DNA from: an uncultured Candidatus Saccharibacteria bacterium
GTDB taxonomy: Bacteria; Patescibacteriota; Saccharimonadia; Saccharimonadales; CAZPPF01
Assembly: GCA_964627365.1 (NCBI GenBank)
Contig: CAZVJS010000002.1
Span: 1 to 35,353 of the forward strand
Length of the DNA stretch: 35,353 nucleotides
Reading direction: 5' to 3'
Shown: in pieces, positions 34,059 to 35,353 of the stretch
Position numbering within the stretch: the stretch's first letter is position 1
Layout: each line of letters begins with the position of its first letter
Notes under the pieces: model-generated
Databases searched by the model: none
The model's input: the letters and a program-made list of their open reading frames with translations, nothing else
Told to the model about the DNA's origin: nothing
Translations under genes and position numbers: made by a program

Positions 34059-35353
34059 TAAACACTTCACTAAGCTCGTAGAAGCCGGCAATCCGGTTGG
34101 AGAAGTTATTGGAGTGCAAGGGTTTTTGGTGCATGTGAAAGGTCTGCAACCGGTAAATATTCACGGGTTGATCATGTTCGAGGATGGCAGTAAAGGCTTT
34201 GTGCATGAAATTCAGGGAACCAGGGTAACCGTATTGCACCTAGGAGATAAAAACCTATCTCAGGGTATGGTGGCCGTTGTTCAACACCAGGAACTAGTAA
34301 GCAAAGTCGGCAAAGAATTTATTGGCCGGGTCGTTTCGGTCACCGGTGACCCACTCGACGGCAAGGGTCCAGTAGCGGCCTCAGCCGTGCGGTCCGTCTT
34401 TAACACTGCTCCGCCACTGTATACGCGTAAGCTACTGGATACCCAGCTGGAGAGTGGCGTTACAGCCATTGATGCCTTGTTTCCAATTGTCCGCGGGCAG
34501 CGTTTAGCGCTGCTAGGCGACAGTAAATCTGGCAAAAGTACCTTAGCTACTCAGCTTACGATAAACCAGAAAAACACCGACCAAATTGTAGTCTATGCCC
34601 TAATTGCCAAACGTCGCAGCGACGTCGACACTTTGTTGAGCCGCCTGCAGGAAGCGGGTGGTCTGGAAAAGGCCATCGTGATTGTTTCTACCATGTTTGA
34701 ATCGATTATTATGAGTTATCTAGCGCCATACGTAGCCTGTGCCATGGCCGAATTTCTGTGGCAGGAGTGTGACCAAGACACCATTATTATTTACGACGAC
34801 CTGACCAGCCATGCTCAGGCTTACCGCGAAGTTGCTCTGATGTCTGGCGTCAGCCCCGGCCGTGACTCTTACCCCGGTGATATGTTCTACGCTCACTCCA
34901 GCCTGCTTGAACGGGCTGGTCGTCTGGAAAAGAATGGTAAACACTTAACCAGTGTGCCTGTTGTACTGGCGGCTGGTGGGGACATTACCGCTTTCCTACC
35001 CACCAACATTATGTCCATTACCGATGGGCAGTGGATTTTGGATATGGACATTTTCCGGAATGGTATTCGTCCGGCCATGAACATAGGTCTTAGTGTGACC
35101 CGTGTTGGCGGTGTTGGGCACAATAAACGGCAAAAGGCCCTGGCTGCCCAAACGCTCAAACTTCTGGCTGACTACCGCCAAGCCGAAGAATTCTCGCACT
35201 TTGGTTCGGAACTAGCCCTAGAGTCCAAAAAAGCGCTCGAAATTGGTAAAAATATCTTTAGTGTACTTACGCAAAGCCCCACCGAAACCTACTCATTAAT
35301 GGCTCAACAGCTGATGGTAGACATTGTCCTAAATAACGAACAAGGTGTGCAAC
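34048..35353 (+). CDS. atpA: F-type ATP synthase subunit alpha (divergent), 3' end outside the window
   Basis: This gene is absent from the ORF track because the frame stays open to the window edge. The GTG at 34048 follows aaggga. Motifs are P-loop [36 protein letters not shown] and SVTRVGG. Confidence 0.85.
   Translation, partial: MEADKHFTKLVEAGNPVGEVIGVQGFLVHVKGLQPVNIHGLIMFEDGSKGFVHEIQGTRVTVLHLGDKNLSQGMVAVVQHQELVSKVGKEFIGRVVSVTGDPLDGKGPVAASAVRSVFNTAPPLYTRKLLDTQLESGVTAIDALFPIVRGQRLALLGDSKSGKSTLATQLTINQKNTDQIVVYALIAKRRSDVDTLLSRLQEAGGLEKAIVIVSTMFESIIMSYLAPYVACAMAEFLWQECDQDTIIIYDDLTSHAQAYREVALMSGVSPGRDSYPGDMFYAHSSLLERAGRLEKNGKHLTSVPVVLAAGGDITAFLPTNIMSITDGQWILDMDIFRNGIRPAMNIGLSVTRVGGVGHNKRQKALAAQTLKLLADYRQAEEFSHFGSELALESKKALEIGKNIFSVLTQSPTETYSLMAQQLMVDIVLNNEQGVQ

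Overview
Every credible gene in this 35.3-kb bacterial segment is on the + strand, and it uses the standard genetic code (TGA is a stop). Housekeeping genes dominate. They include a pyk-pgk-tpiA glycolytic cluster, pcrA, a YabE-like G5 cell-wall hydrolase followed by rsmA, and a MarR regulator with two MFS pumps. Further along are typA, an OmpR/histidine-kinase pair with a MacB-type ABC transporter, a GH37 trehalase, metG-tatD, a cysteine desulfurase and the start of a divergent F-type ATP synthase operon (b-like, delta, alpha). RNA genes are the 3' part of tRNA-Glu(UUC) at the left edge and a complete tmRNA (ssrA, 14801-15209). The gene content (two type IV pilin-like genes, sparse metabolism, Firmicute-like yabE-ksgA and metG-tatD synteny) suggests a reduced Gram-positive-type or CPR/Saccharibacteria-like genome. 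That assignment is inference only. The unusual parts are as follows. (1) Single-gene cassettes sit next to the tRNA and the tmRNA, separated by long direct repeats that carry copies of the tRNA 3' end and junction. (2) A terminator-promoter module occurs three times, twice driving near-leaderless pilin-like genes. (3) A tightly coupled four-gene nucleotide operon contains an OMP-decarboxylase-like protein that lacks one catalytic Asp, plus a PRTase, a MazG-like protein and a Nudix protein. (4) A three-gene operon encodes a small acidic protein, a SAM methyltransferase and a nucleoside 2-deoxyribosyltransferase-like protein. (5) A membrane protein with a c-subunit-like C-terminal hairpin but no carboxylate sits where atpE would be expected. 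(6) The tmRNA has a non-canonical T-loop. I found no CRISPR array, transposase, integrase or rRNA.
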